Source: Promethearchaeota archaeon
GTDB taxonomy: Archaea; Asgardarchaeota; Lokiarchaeia; Sigyniarchaeales; SOKP01
Length of the DNA: 27,799 nt
Direction of reading: 5' to 3'
Assembly: GCA_019058015.1 (NCBI GenBank)
Contig: JAHLWH010000235.1
Coordinates: 1 to 27,799 of the forward strand
The translations under genes and the position numbers were made by a program. The notes beneath the pieces are model-generated. The model was not told where the DNA came from. It saw only the letters and a program-made list of their open reading frames with translations, and made no database searches. Each line of letters opens with the position of its first letter. Within the stretch, counting starts at the first letter, position 1. Positions 10,088 through 19,612 of the stretch are shown here, one piece after another.

Positions 10088-11740
10088 ATGTTAAATAAGT
10101 TTAATTTAAGGAAATTTGCTTTTGTCTTAGTAATATTATTCATTATTTCTTTTTCTCTAATATTATATTGCGTTAATGGTATTAAGGAATTTAATCATAA
10201 AGATTCAAGCAATTTTGATTATACTATTAATTCTCCAAAATTACAATTATTTGATTATGAACCAGTTTTATCAGAAAAACTGCATGATTTGGGAAATATC
10301 TCCATAATAAAAATGGATACACAAGATCAAGGATTTCTATACCGAAATGGTGATTATGATAATATTAAAAATGATCTTATCTCTGGAAATTTAATTACAC
10401 GAGATTTTAATTTAAGTTTTTGCAACACAGTAAGAACTGCGAGATTTAATAATACAGATATTAGAGATAGATTTGAAAATATTATTGTTAAATTCAATAT
10501 TTCAATAACATTTGATTATAATTCGAGTGCATCTGGACTTTTAATGTATCAAACTAATTTACATCCCACAAATTTACTTGATGCTTATCTTAATGAAACC
10601 TTACTTCCTAAAGATAATTATACACTTGATTCCAAAAATGCTTTTATTTATAATTATCGAGAACAACATATAGCCGAAAATGGCACTCTGCGCTTTATTT
10701 TCACTTATGATTATTGGATAAGCATTGAATACTGGGAAATCAACCAAAGTCCTAATCAAAATATGATTATGATTAATAAAACTCAAACACAATCAGTTAA
10801 TTTTACTTATAGCTTTACTATTAAAGGATTAATTAAAACTTCTCAAGGAACTATTAGACTTGCTGAAAATTTAACATTAGATTTTTTGTTTTGCATTGAA
10901 GATAGTAATAAATTGTACAATTTCAAATACTTAATAGGAAATGAATCCAAAGATATAAATGCTCATAAAAACCCGCAAAATTGGTTTAATGGTTCTTGTC
11001 TAGCGAATCAAACCCTTATATCATTGAAATTCACCACGGATTTCATAATTTCGTTTAATAATGTATGTTATGATTTTTGGGCAATAGATAGGCTTGTTAT
11101 GTTGGATAATATTCGAGAACGTATATATTTCTTAGAAATTCTCGATGGACCTTCGGGTATTTACCTTGAAAGTATCCAATTCATTGAATCCAATGTATAT
11201 TATTCTCAATTTAGAAAAATTAATACTAATTTCGAGCGTGTAGCAAATGTTACAGACCTAAACACAACTGAAGGAGGAGATTTATCACCAAGACTTGGCT
11301 TAAATATTACTAGCTCTTATTTCATTAAGAATGAAGTTCTTGCAGTAATTGTTGAATATCAAACTACTGAATTCTTATCTGTAGTGGTTTCAGATCACAT
11401 AAAAGCACCCCTTGCAGGAATGATTTTAAAATTTTATTTTTTCAATCAAACTTATGGTACATATATTTCATCTGTAAAATCACAGCCTATTCCTCAAAAG
11501 ATAACCAACTATGCAGGGCAAGTCTTATTATATAATATACCAATCGGAGTATATACTGTTGAAGTTTACAATTCTCTTGGGCAGTTTATAATGAATGAAA
11601 CAGCAGATACTTCAATAGCAATCAATTATATAGATACAACAGTTATGCACTTTCCAACGTGGATTATTATTTTCTCTATTATTTATTCCATCATTTTGCT
11701 CGTAGGTGTTTGGATTTATATAAAAAATAAAAATCAATAA
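10088..11740 (+). CDS. Hypothetical secreted, membrane-anchored surface protein
   Basis: N-terminal basic+hydrophobic signal or TM, many N-x-S/T sequons, a beta-sandwich-like tail (TNYAGQV...IPIGVYTVEV) and a C-terminal TM with basic residues. Confidence 0.75.
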   Translation: MLNKFNLRKFAFVLVILFIISFSLILYCVNGIKEFNHKDSSNFDYTINSPKLQLFDYEPVLSEKLHDLGNISIIKMDTQDQGFLYRNGDYDNIKNDLISGNLITRDFNLSFCNTVRTARFNNTDIRDRFENIIVKFNISITFDYNSSASGLLMYQTNLHPTNLLDAYLNETLLPKDNYTLDSKNAFIYNYREQHIAENGTLRFIFTYDYWISIEYWEINQSPNQNMIMINKTQTQSVNFTYSFTIKGLIKTSQGTIRLAENLTLDFLFCIEDSNKLYNFKYLIGNESKDINAHKNPQNWFNGSCLANQTLISLKFTTDFIISFNNVCYDFWAIDRLVMLDNIRERIYFLEILDGPSGIYLESIQFIESNVYYSQFRKINTNFERVANVTDLNTTEGGDLSPRLGLNITSSYFIKNEVLAVIVEYQTTEFLSVVVSDHIKAPLAGMILKFYFFNQTYGTYISSVKSQPIPQKITNYAGQVLLYNIPIGVYTVEVYNSLGQFIMNETADTSIAINYIDTTVMHFPTWIIIFSIIYSIILLVGVWIYIKNKNQ

Positions 11741-11818
11741 TAATTCTTAATGAAATGGTTATATTAAAAAAAGTGATGACATATAATAGTAATTTATATA
11801 GATGAGCTAAAAGATTTT

Positions 11819-12112
11819 GTGTCATTTCTCGAGAAAAGAATTACAGATAATATTTTTTTTGAAATAAAAAAAGAAAGCCAGCAAGATGATCTTAATAGTA
11901 TAAAAAATATTGAAATTATACTTCATTTCTTAGGTAAAATTCCTGAAAATTCCTTAGTACTATATGAAACAAAAATTAAATTTTCTGCACAAGATATGGG
12001 AAAATCCGAGAGACGTATAATCGAAGAGTTGCAAAAACTCCTTGATATAGCTGAATTAAATATTAAATTAGTAAAAGGAAAGATAAGAGAAATTTATATT
12101 TCTTATTCTTAA
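11819..12112 (+). CDS. Hypothetical protein (GTG start)
   Basis: 97-aa ORF filling the gap before the convergent aIF2-gamma gene; no recognised motif. Confidence 0.5.
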   Translation: MSFLEKRITDNIFFEIKKESQQDDLNSIKNIEIILHFLGKIPENSLVLYETKIKFSAQDMGKSERRIIEELQKLLDIAELNIKLVKGKIREIYISYS

Positions 12113-12122
12113 AATTGAAAAA

Positions 12123-13603
12123 TTATTTAATATATCCATACCCTATTAGTCTAAACCGCTTTTTAATAACCCTACTGATGGATATTAATGAATTCTTCTC
12201 TGTGCATAATGGAATGGATAATTTCATAAGAACGAAATCTTTTGTAATTTTTGTCACAACCCCTGCAGTTCTCATAGTACCGCTTACCAATAATAAACGT
12301 TCATTATGTTTAATAGGTTCTACTTTTATTGGTTCTTCTGCCCCAATTACTTCATCCAATAAATGAACATCTAATTTAACGTCTGTTAAAATTTCTGGCA
12401 ATGTGCCTGGGACTCCACCTAAGTTTCCGATCAAAGAATCGCTTTTTGTAAGAAAAGGATCTAATTCAGTTCCAATTCCAATTAATCCGCCCGGCTTTGC
12501 CTCTTCCAGTCTAATATTTCCTTGACTAAGACTTACTGCTTTAGCAAAAATCGGTTCATATCCATTTTTTCCTCGTAACCCCGGTCTCATTTCTATATCA
12601 TCACCAATTTTTACTAATCCCTGAGTAATTGAACCTCCAATTACACCTCCTACTAATTTATCAATATCTGTTCCAGGTTTATTAATATCAAAAGATCTTG
12701 CAATTAAAAACTTAAAATCATCATTTTCATTTAATTGAGGTATAGGTATATTTTTTTCAAAATATTCTATTATAAGGTCGATATTTGCATTAAAAACTGC
12801 TGAAACTGGAATAATAGGAGCATTTTCTGCAATAGAACCTTTTAAGAAGCTTTTAATTTCATTAAAATTCTCTATTGCTCTTTCTTCAGAGACTGAATCT
12901 ATCTTATTTTGAACTATAACAATATTTTTAATATTAGCAATTTCTAAAGCAGCTAAGTGTTCTCGAGTTTGAGGTTGAGGACAAATCTCATCTGCTGCTA
13001 TTAGTAATAATGTCCCATTCATGAGTGAAGATCCACTAAGCATTGTAGACATTAACACACTATGCCCGGGTGCATCAACAAAGCTAATATTTCTTATAAA
13101 TTCGAGTTCTCCTTTACAAAAAATACATTTATATCTTTTTTCTCCCTTTTTGCGAGCCTGTTCAGTCATCCAATAAGTCATATATTTATTACAAGCGGAA
13201 CATTTTAAAATTGTTGAATTAGCATACCCTAACTTGATTGATATTCCTCTTTCTTGCTCATCTGAGAATCTATCTGTCCATTCTCCGCAAATAGCCTTGA
13301 CTAACGTCGTCTTTATGGAAAATGTCTAAATGACTATTTAATTCCATGATCGACGTGTCCTACAAGGCCAATATTCGTCTCTGCTTGAGTTTTACCGATT
13401 AAATCTTTAAGATTTTGAGAAACTTTCGGTTTTGTTGATGGTTTAGGAGAAATTTTTTCCTTAGGTTTTGATTTTTCAATAACCTTTTCTTTTATTTTTT
13501 CCTCTTGTACTTTCCCTTTTTTATCCTCTGAAGGCGCCACTGGACATTTATGTGCGCTTAATCTTTTAAACTCTTTTCCACAATAAGGACACTTTTGACT
13601 CAA
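12123..13603 (-). CDS. eif2g: Translation initiation factor aIF2 gamma subunit, intron-interrupted: join(13603..13342,13312..12123), 483 aa
   Basis: Exon 1 ends NIGLVGHVDHG. Exon 2 reads KTTLVKAICGEWTDRFSDEQERGISIKLGYAN...CSAC...CIFC...SFVDAPGH...PQPQTREH...QNKID...SA...FRLIGYG. Exon lengths 262+1190=1452 nt (484 codons including stop). TTG start with AAGGAG upstream. Confidence 0.93.
13313..13341 (-). other. 29-nt bulge-helix-bulge-type pre-mRNA intron
   Basis: Exon stem ACGUCG(A)UC/GACGACGU; 4-bp central helix AUGG/CCAU; bulges AAU and AAA; intron hairpin AAAU(A)GUC-AUUUA-GACAUUU. Cutting after the second bulge nucleotide on each side gives GGA-AAG-ACG-ACG (G-K-T-T). Confidence 0.88.
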
Positions 13604-13710
13604 TTGCTAAATAAAACTCCTTTTTTTTTATATTTAATATTTTAAATTGGTTCTTATTTTTAATGAAAATAAAATAATACAATAAATAAGTTTTTAGAAT
13701 TTTTGAAAAA

Positions 13711-13944
13711 TCAAGGTTTATCAATTGTATGAAGGGAATTTATTGCCACCTCTTTCTTTTCTTTTGTTGAATAAGAAATCCGTAATTTACTATCTACGTA
13801 AAAAGTTGAGAGTTGATCGCAAATTCCATTTTTATGCACAATATATACTGGTGCGGGGAATTTTTCAGTATTTATATCAGAAAGTTCAATTCGAAAAAAA
13901 ATTTTTGAATCGCAGTGCGGGCAATTACTTACTTTCAATACCAT
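13711..13944 (-). CDS. Small putative zinc-binding protein
   Basis: 77 aa with CPHC and a later H-x4-C; co-oriented and upstream of aIF2-gamma. Confidence 0.65.
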   Translation of the reverse strand: MVLKVSNCPHCDSKIFFRIELSDINTEKFPAPVYIVHKNGICDQLSTFYVDSKLRISYSTKEKKEVAINSLHTIDKP

Positions 13945-14114
13945 TTTTTTAACCCTTCTTAAATATTTCTCTTTATATACTTTATATCATTTTCATAATT
14001 TATCTATTTATTTGATAAAATAATCAAAATTTCATTCAAAATTATTTAATATAAATATAAATTTTATTAGAATAAATTAATTTAACATTCTAAAAGAAAA
14101 ATTACTTCCTTAAA

Positions 14115-16253
14115 ATGCAATTAGCCAACAAATTAAAATATTCAAGGTATTTGATTTTATTTTTACTTCATTATTGTATAATTTTTTCTCTCTTCTTAAC
14201 TTCAAGTTCTATTTCTCAACAAAGATTTTCTTTATCTGCAAATAATGAACTAAATATTGACCTTTCATTACTACCAAGAGTAAATCTTACTCAAAATTTA
14301 GAAGAATGGTTCAATCCAAAAATCGAAATGTTAATTATTGCTCCTCCAGATAAACTTAATTTCACTACTATTTTAACTCCCTTAGCTGAATGGAAAAATC
14401 AAAAAGGCGTAAAAACACAGATTTTAACGAATTATTCAAGTTATCCCGGTGTTGATACACAAGAAAAGATCAGAAATATGATTAAGAGCTATTATAGTTC
14501 GGAAAAAGTTCAATGGGTGTTGTTAGCAGGAGATACAGACTTAATTCCCATAAGATATGTATATAATAATGATGTAGTTCCTCTAGGTCAAAGTGAATCA
14601 TCTGAACTTGATAATTATTTTAAACCAACTGATTTTTATTATGCTGATTTAGATGGAACCTGGAATGATGACGGAGATGGGAGATGGGGTGAATCATCGG
14701 TATATAATAATAATGGAGTTGATGAAATCGATTGGACACCTGAAATTTATGTTGGACGATTACCTGCTTCTAATGATGAGGAGTTAGAAATTATGGTGAA
14801 TAAAACTCTTAAATACGAAACTAATCCTCACATTGGAGATTGGATGAATTCATTTTTGCTCGCAGGCGTAATTTCTGACTATCCACATCAAACAGAATCA
14901 GAAATTGGTGAAGATGAAGCTAGACTCACAAGTTATATTCTATCTAATTATGTTCCAGACTCAATGGATTATGTACATTTGATACAAACTACTTCAAGCT
15001 TCGAACCGAATCCAGATTTTGATAATATAACAGATCCAAGTTTAATATTTCGAAATAATTTTAATGATGGACATTCATTAGGAATTTTTGCAGGTCATGG
15101 AGCTCCCAATAGGTTTATAAGTGAATCTGGAAATATAGTTTACAGCAGCAGTAATGCAGGAAGTTCCTCAAATACTAATATGCCCACATTATTTTATGGT
15201 GATGCATGCACAACTTCTAGTTATGATTATGGAGATAATAACATCGGTGAAATTTTAATTAAAAGACAAGATGCCGGAGCGATAGGTTATATAGGAGCAT
15301 TAAGAGCTACTTGGTATTTTGAACAGGATCTGGATTTAGAAATGTTAAATCGCGGCAATTGCAAATTGTTTTGGAAAGCATTCTTTATTAATAAAAGTTA
15401 TCAACCTGGAAAAGCGCTTTACGATTCAAAAGTTGAATATCTGAAAAGTGATTGGTTTCAGTATTCAAATATAAATATGTCGCTCGAATGGGAAAGAAAG
15501 AACGTCTTAACCTATTGCCTATTGGGAGATCCTGAAGTAGATATTTATACAAATATCCCAAAAACCCCCAAAGATCCATTTATTGGAGATATATACGAAG
15601 GACAGCATTTCTCAATGTATATAACAGATATAAATGATAACGCTCTCTCAAATATTAGAATTAATTTTATAAGTAATACGGGGAAATATCGAACTTTCTA
15701 TTCAGATAAAAACGGTTACGTAAATATAATCCTCCCTTTGGGTATCGATACATATAATTATACAATTACCGGACATAATATCAAACCAATTAATGGTTCT
15801 TTTACAACCCTACCGGATAATAATCCTCCTATTTTAGAGAATCTCCATATGAATCCCGATATACCCTCTGTTTCTGATAATATCTGCTTTTCAATTAACG
15901 CAGCCGATAATGAATCCGGAATAGAAAATATTTTCTTTCTGATTTCAAATGATAATTTTTCTTCATATGATTATTTTCCTTTAGAAAAAGAAAGTAGCAT
16001 AGATGATTTACATTCCTGTACATTAAATAAATTGGATTTTATGGAATATCAATATGCCATTGTTGGATTTGATTATGCAAATAATTCAATTTTACTCTAT
16101 AACATAAATAATTTCCAAATTGAGATCCTGCCACCTATTTTATATTATGTTTTAATCTCAATTAATTTTGGATTGCTTGGATTACTTGCCTTAGGAATAG
16201 TAATTCTTTTTAATAATTGGCAAAATTACAAAAAGAAATATATAAGATCTTAA
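14115..16253 (+). CDS. Peptidase C25 (gingipain-like cysteine protease), secreted and membrane-anchored
   Basis: LAEWKNQKG, VLLAGD, TDFYYADLDG, EIYVGRLP, catalytic AGHG and DAC, GAIGYIG and LLGDP; N-terminal signal and C-terminal TM. Confidence 0.9.
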   Translation: MQLANKLKYSRYLILFLLHYCIIFSLFLTSSSISQQRFSLSANNELNIDLSLLPRVNLTQNLEEWFNPKIEMLIIAPPDKLNFTTILTPLAEWKNQKGVKTQILTNYSSYPGVDTQEKIRNMIKSYYSSEKVQWVLLAGDTDLIPIRYVYNNDVVPLGQSESSELDNYFKPTDFYYADLDGTWNDDGDGRWGESSVYNNNGVDEIDWTPEIYVGRLPASNDEELEIMVNKTLKYETNPHIGDWMNSFLLAGVISDYPHQTESEIGEDEARLTSYILSNYVPDSMDYVHLIQTTSSFEPNPDFDNITDPSLIFRNNFNDGHSLGIFAGHGAPNRFISESGNIVYSSSNAGSSSNTNMPTLFYGDACTTSSYDYGDNNIGEILIKRQDAGAIGYIGALRATWYFEQDLDLEMLNRGNCKLFWKAFFINKSYQPGKALYDSKVEYLKSDWFQYSNINMSLEWERKNVLTYCLLGDPEVDIYTNIPKTPKDPFIGDIYEGQHFSMYITDINDNALSNIRINFISNTGKYRTFYSDKNGYVNIILPLGIDTYNYTITGHNIKPINGSFTTLPDNNPPILENLHMNPDIPSVSDNICFSINAADNESGIENIFFLISNDNFSSYDYFPLEKESSIDDLHSCTLNKLDFMEYQYAIVGFDYANNSILLYNINNFQIEILPPILYYVLISINFGLLGLLALGIVILFNNWQNYKKKYIRS

Positions 16254-16258
16254 ATAAA

Positions 16259-16816
16259 TTAAAATGTTTCATTGGTTTTGTCAGTTAATGCTTCCTTTCT
16301 TAACGTTAAGAGATATCTGAGAGAACGATAAGAACCTAATAACCCATGACAAACCATTGCAAGACCAATAAAAAAAGCTGCAATATAATCTCCAAAAATA
16401 AAGACAAGAATCAACATTATAACTCCTGAAACACTGAAAGAAAAAATTAATGATATTTCACCAATTATGATTTTTCTAATCGAGGTTCGCCTCAAAATAT
16501 CTTTTAAATCATTATAATACTGGTCTTCGCCCTTATCTCTGATATACCAAGAACTTTCCAAGTTATTGGCAAATAGATATAGACTCCATAAAAAAATGAA
16601 AAGAGCAAGGTAAAAATCTAAAGATCCAAGTATTAAAATCGGAATCTGAACTAAAATCATCCCTTTCCAACCGATTTTTCTTGCCATTTTATTTGTTTCA
16701 AGTTTTAATTTTGCCGTAACATAGTAGGTGCTTAAAATATCTGAAGTCCTACCAATACTGACAATTAATAAATTTATTAAAAAATTAGAATTCTGATATA
16801 TTAATTGCATTAACAT
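16259..16816 (-). CDS. Hypothetical integral membrane protein
   Basis: Several hydrophobic helices; D..ST...E.N pattern near the N-terminus. Confidence 0.65.
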   Translation of the reverse strand: MLMQLIYQNSNFLINLLIVSIGRTSDILSTYYVTAKLKLETNKMARKIGWKGMILVQIPILILGSLDFYLALFIFLWSLYLFANNLESSWYIRDKGEDQYYNDLKDILRRTSIRKIIIGEISLIFSFSVSGVIMLILVFIFGDYIAAFFIGLAMVCHGLLGSYRSLRYLLTLRKEALTDKTNETF

Positions 16817-16909
16817 TTTTTTTCAAGTCCTTAGTAAAAATTAATAAATAAAAGTTAAACATTATAAAATATCTCTCTAATTTAAAATAATCATTTCAGT
16901 GAGGGAAAT

Positions 16910-18163
16910 ATGTGGGAAATTAACCCTTATGAAATAGCAAAAAAACAACTTGAGATAATTGCAAAAAAAATAGATTTACCTCCAAATATTGAAAAATTTC
17001 TCAAAAACATAGAACGTTCAGTTATTGTTTCAATTCCTGTCATCATGGATGATGGAAACCTTAAAATATTTGAAGGATTTCGTGTTCAACATTCCTCTGT
17101 TCTTGGTCCTTGTAAAGGTGGTGTACGATATAGCCAACTGGTGACACTTGATGAAATTAAAGCCTTAGCTATGCTAATGACTTGGAAAACAAGCCTTCAT
17201 AGACTCCCATTTGGAGGCTCAAAAGGAGGTGTTTGTGTTTATCCTAAAAATGTATCAAAAAGAGAATTAGAATGGATTACTAGAAGGTATACTGCAGAAA
17301 TAATTAATATGATAGGACCTAATAGAGATATTCCGGCACCAGATATTGGCACAGATGCTCAAATCATGGCATACATAATGGATACATATTCAATGCAGCA
17401 TGGAAAAACAATCCCTGGAGTTGTTACAGGAAAACCAATAGAAATAGGGGGGTCCCCAGGAAGAAGTGACGCAGCAGGAACTGGGCTTTTTTTTGTAATT
17501 GAAAAATATTGCGAGAAATTTGATTATGATTTAAAATCCATGACTATAGTTATTCAAGGATTTGGGAAAGTAGGCTCAGTTATTGCCAAAAAGTTATATG
17601 AATATGGATGTAAGATTATTGCAATTACTGAATTAGCGGGGGGAGTGTATTCTGAGAAGGATCTTGATGTAGACCAGTTAATAGAATGGAGAGACAAAGG
17701 AAAATTCCTTAAAGATTTTAAAGGAAATTCTATAAAATCAATTACCAATGAAGAACTATTCAAAATTAAATGCGATCTCTTAATACCTGCTGCAACAGAA
17801 AATCAAATTACTAAGCATAATGCAAATGATATCGATTGTAAAATTATTTTAGAGGGCGCTAACGGACCGACAACACCAAAAGCAGATGAAATTCTGAATA
17901 AAAAGGGCACTATTATTATTCCCGATATTCTTGCAAACGGTGGAGGCGTTATCGTTTCATATTTTGAATATGTCCAGGATATAAATGCATATTATTGGGA
18001 TTTAGAACGAGTCAATAAAGAACTAAAAAAGATTATCCTAGATACGTTTGAAAATGTTTGCAACCTTGCTAAAGAAAAGAAAGAGACCCTTCGAACTGCA
18101 TCTTATATGATTGCAGTTTCAAGAGTTGCAAAAGCTTTACAATTAAGGGGAATTTTTCCATAA
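16910..18163 (+). CDS. gdh: Glu/Leu/Phe/Val dehydrogenase (glutamate dehydrogenase), copy 1
   Basis: GPCKGGVRY, MTWK, PFGGSKGG, DIPAPD, VVTGKP, QGFGKVG, EGANGP and PDILANGGGV.VSYFE. Confidence 0.93.
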   Translation: MWEINPYEIAKKQLEIIAKKIDLPPNIEKFLKNIERSVIVSIPVIMDDGNLKIFEGFRVQHSSVLGPCKGGVRYSQLVTLDEIKALAMLMTWKTSLHRLPFGGSKGGVCVYPKNVSKRELEWITRRYTAEIINMIGPNRDIPAPDIGTDAQIMAYIMDTYSMQHGKTIPGVVTGKPIEIGGSPGRSDAAGTGLFFVIEKYCEKFDYDLKSMTIVIQGFGKVGSVIAKKLYEYGCKIIAITELAGGVYSEKDLDVDQLIEWRDKGKFLKDFKGNSIKSITNEELFKIKCDLLIPAATENQITKHNANDIDCKIILEGANGPTTPKADEILNKKGTIIIPDILANGGGVIVSYFEYVQDINAYYWDLERVNKELKKIILDTFENVCNLAKEKKETLRTASYMIAVSRVAKALQLRGIFP

Positions 18164-18261
18164 TGTAGAAAAAAAATGATAATATTATCTGTATTATTTA
18201 ATTACAACTTGTATAAAACAAAATATTAATATAAATATAAAAAATTGATAAGGGAAATTTT

Positions 18262-19512
18262 ATGGAAGTTAATCCTTTTGAAATGGCAAAACAACAATTG
18301 GCACTCGTCGCTGAAAAAATGAATTTAAATCCAGATGCACACTGTTTTCTTAAAAGAGTAGAAAGATCGTTAATTGTTTCAATACCCATTATTATGGATG
18401 ATGGTAGTCTTAAAATTTTCGAAGGATATCGTGTTCACCATTCAACTATTCGAGGTCCTGGAAAAGGTGGAGTGCGCTTTAGCCCTTTAGTTACTCTTGA
18501 TGAGGTTAAAGCGTTAGCAACTTGGATGACTTGGAAATGTGCTCTTCACAATCTCCCTTTAGGCGGTGCTAAAGGTGGAGTCTGTGTTGATCCTAATAAG
18601 TTGTCAAAAAGGGAACTTGAACGACTTACAAGGAGATATACTGCGGAAATTATTAGTATTATTGGACCAGATAAAGATATTCCTGCTCCAGATGTAGGTA
18701 CTAATGCCCAAACTATGGCTTGGATAATGGATACATATTCAATGCAATATGGAAATACTGTACCTGGAGTAGTCACAGGAAAGCCTTTAGAAATCGGAGG
18801 TTCGCCAGGAAGAAGTGAAGCAACGGGAACTGGCCTTTTTTTTGTAATAGAAAAATATTGTGAAAAAGAAGGTCTTGATTTAAAATCTATGTCTGTAATT
18901 ATTCAAGGTTTTGGAAAAGTTGGTTCCATTATTAGCAAAAGGCTGAATGAAAATGGGACAAAAATAATTGCAATTTCAGAATACTATGGTACAATTTATT
19001 CTGAGAAAGGTTTAAATATAGATGAATTAATAAAATGGCAAGAAAGTGGAAAACTTATTACTGATTTTAAAGATGATACTATTAAGATCATTCCCAATGA
19101 AGAATTTTTTAAAATTAAATGTGATATTATAATTCCAGCAGCAACAGAAAATCAAATAACTGAGCATAATGCAAATGATCTCAATTGTCAAATTATTTTA
19201 GAGGGCGCAAACGGACCAACAACACCAAAAGCAGATGAAATTCTAAATAAAAAGGGAATAGTTGTTATTCCCGATATTCTTGCTAACGGAGGGGGTGTGA
19301 TCGTTAGTTATTTTGAATACGTTCAGGATATAAATGCCTATTATTGGGATTTGGAGAGAGTGAATAAGGAACTAAAGAAAATTATTCTTAATGCATTTGA
19401 AGCTGTGTATAAACTAGTTAAAGAAAAAAATGTATCTTATAGAATTGCAGCATATATGATCGCCGTCTCAAGGGTTGCGAGGGCAATTGAATTACGGGGA
19501 ATCTTTCCATAA
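18262..19512 (+). CDS. gdh: Glutamate dehydrogenase, copy 2
   Basis: GPGKGGVRF, MTWK, PLGGAKGG, DIPAPD, GRSEATG, EGANGP and PDILANGGGV.VSYFE. Confidence 0.94.
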   Translation: MEVNPFEMAKQQLALVAEKMNLNPDAHCFLKRVERSLIVSIPIIMDDGSLKIFEGYRVHHSTIRGPGKGGVRFSPLVTLDEVKALATWMTWKCALHNLPLGGAKGGVCVDPNKLSKRELERLTRRYTAEIISIIGPDKDIPAPDVGTNAQTMAWIMDTYSMQYGNTVPGVVTGKPLEIGGSPGRSEATGTGLFFVIEKYCEKEGLDLKSMSVIIQGFGKVGSIISKRLNENGTKIIAISEYYGTIYSEKGLNIDELIKWQESGKLITDFKDDTIKIIPNEEFFKIKCDIIIPAATENQITEHNANDLNCQIILEGANGPTTPKADEILNKKGIVVIPDILANGGGVIVSYFEYVQDINAYYWDLERVNKELKKIILNAFEAVYKLVKEKNVSYRIAAYMIAVSRVARAIELRGIFP

Positions 19513-19612
19513 TTGAAATTTTAGTTCTAAAAAATCTTTTTTAATTTAACTTAAAAGTGATAAAATCACTGAAATTTTTAAATTGTATCATTAATGTCAT
19601 AAAAGATAGAAT

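Noticed and set aside
12123-13603. aIF2-gamma as pseudogene, two genes, programmed frameshift or intein host
   Set aside because: The insert is 29 nt with a stop, too short and out of frame for an intein. A frameshift would put extra residues in the P-loop. BHB excision restores the motif exactly and both exons are otherwise intact.
19556-19570. Palindrome AGTGAT-aaa-ATCACT between the convergent gdh and 5S transcripts
   Set aside because: Only 6 bp in AT-rich DNA; it cannot be distinguished from chance or assigned as a terminator.
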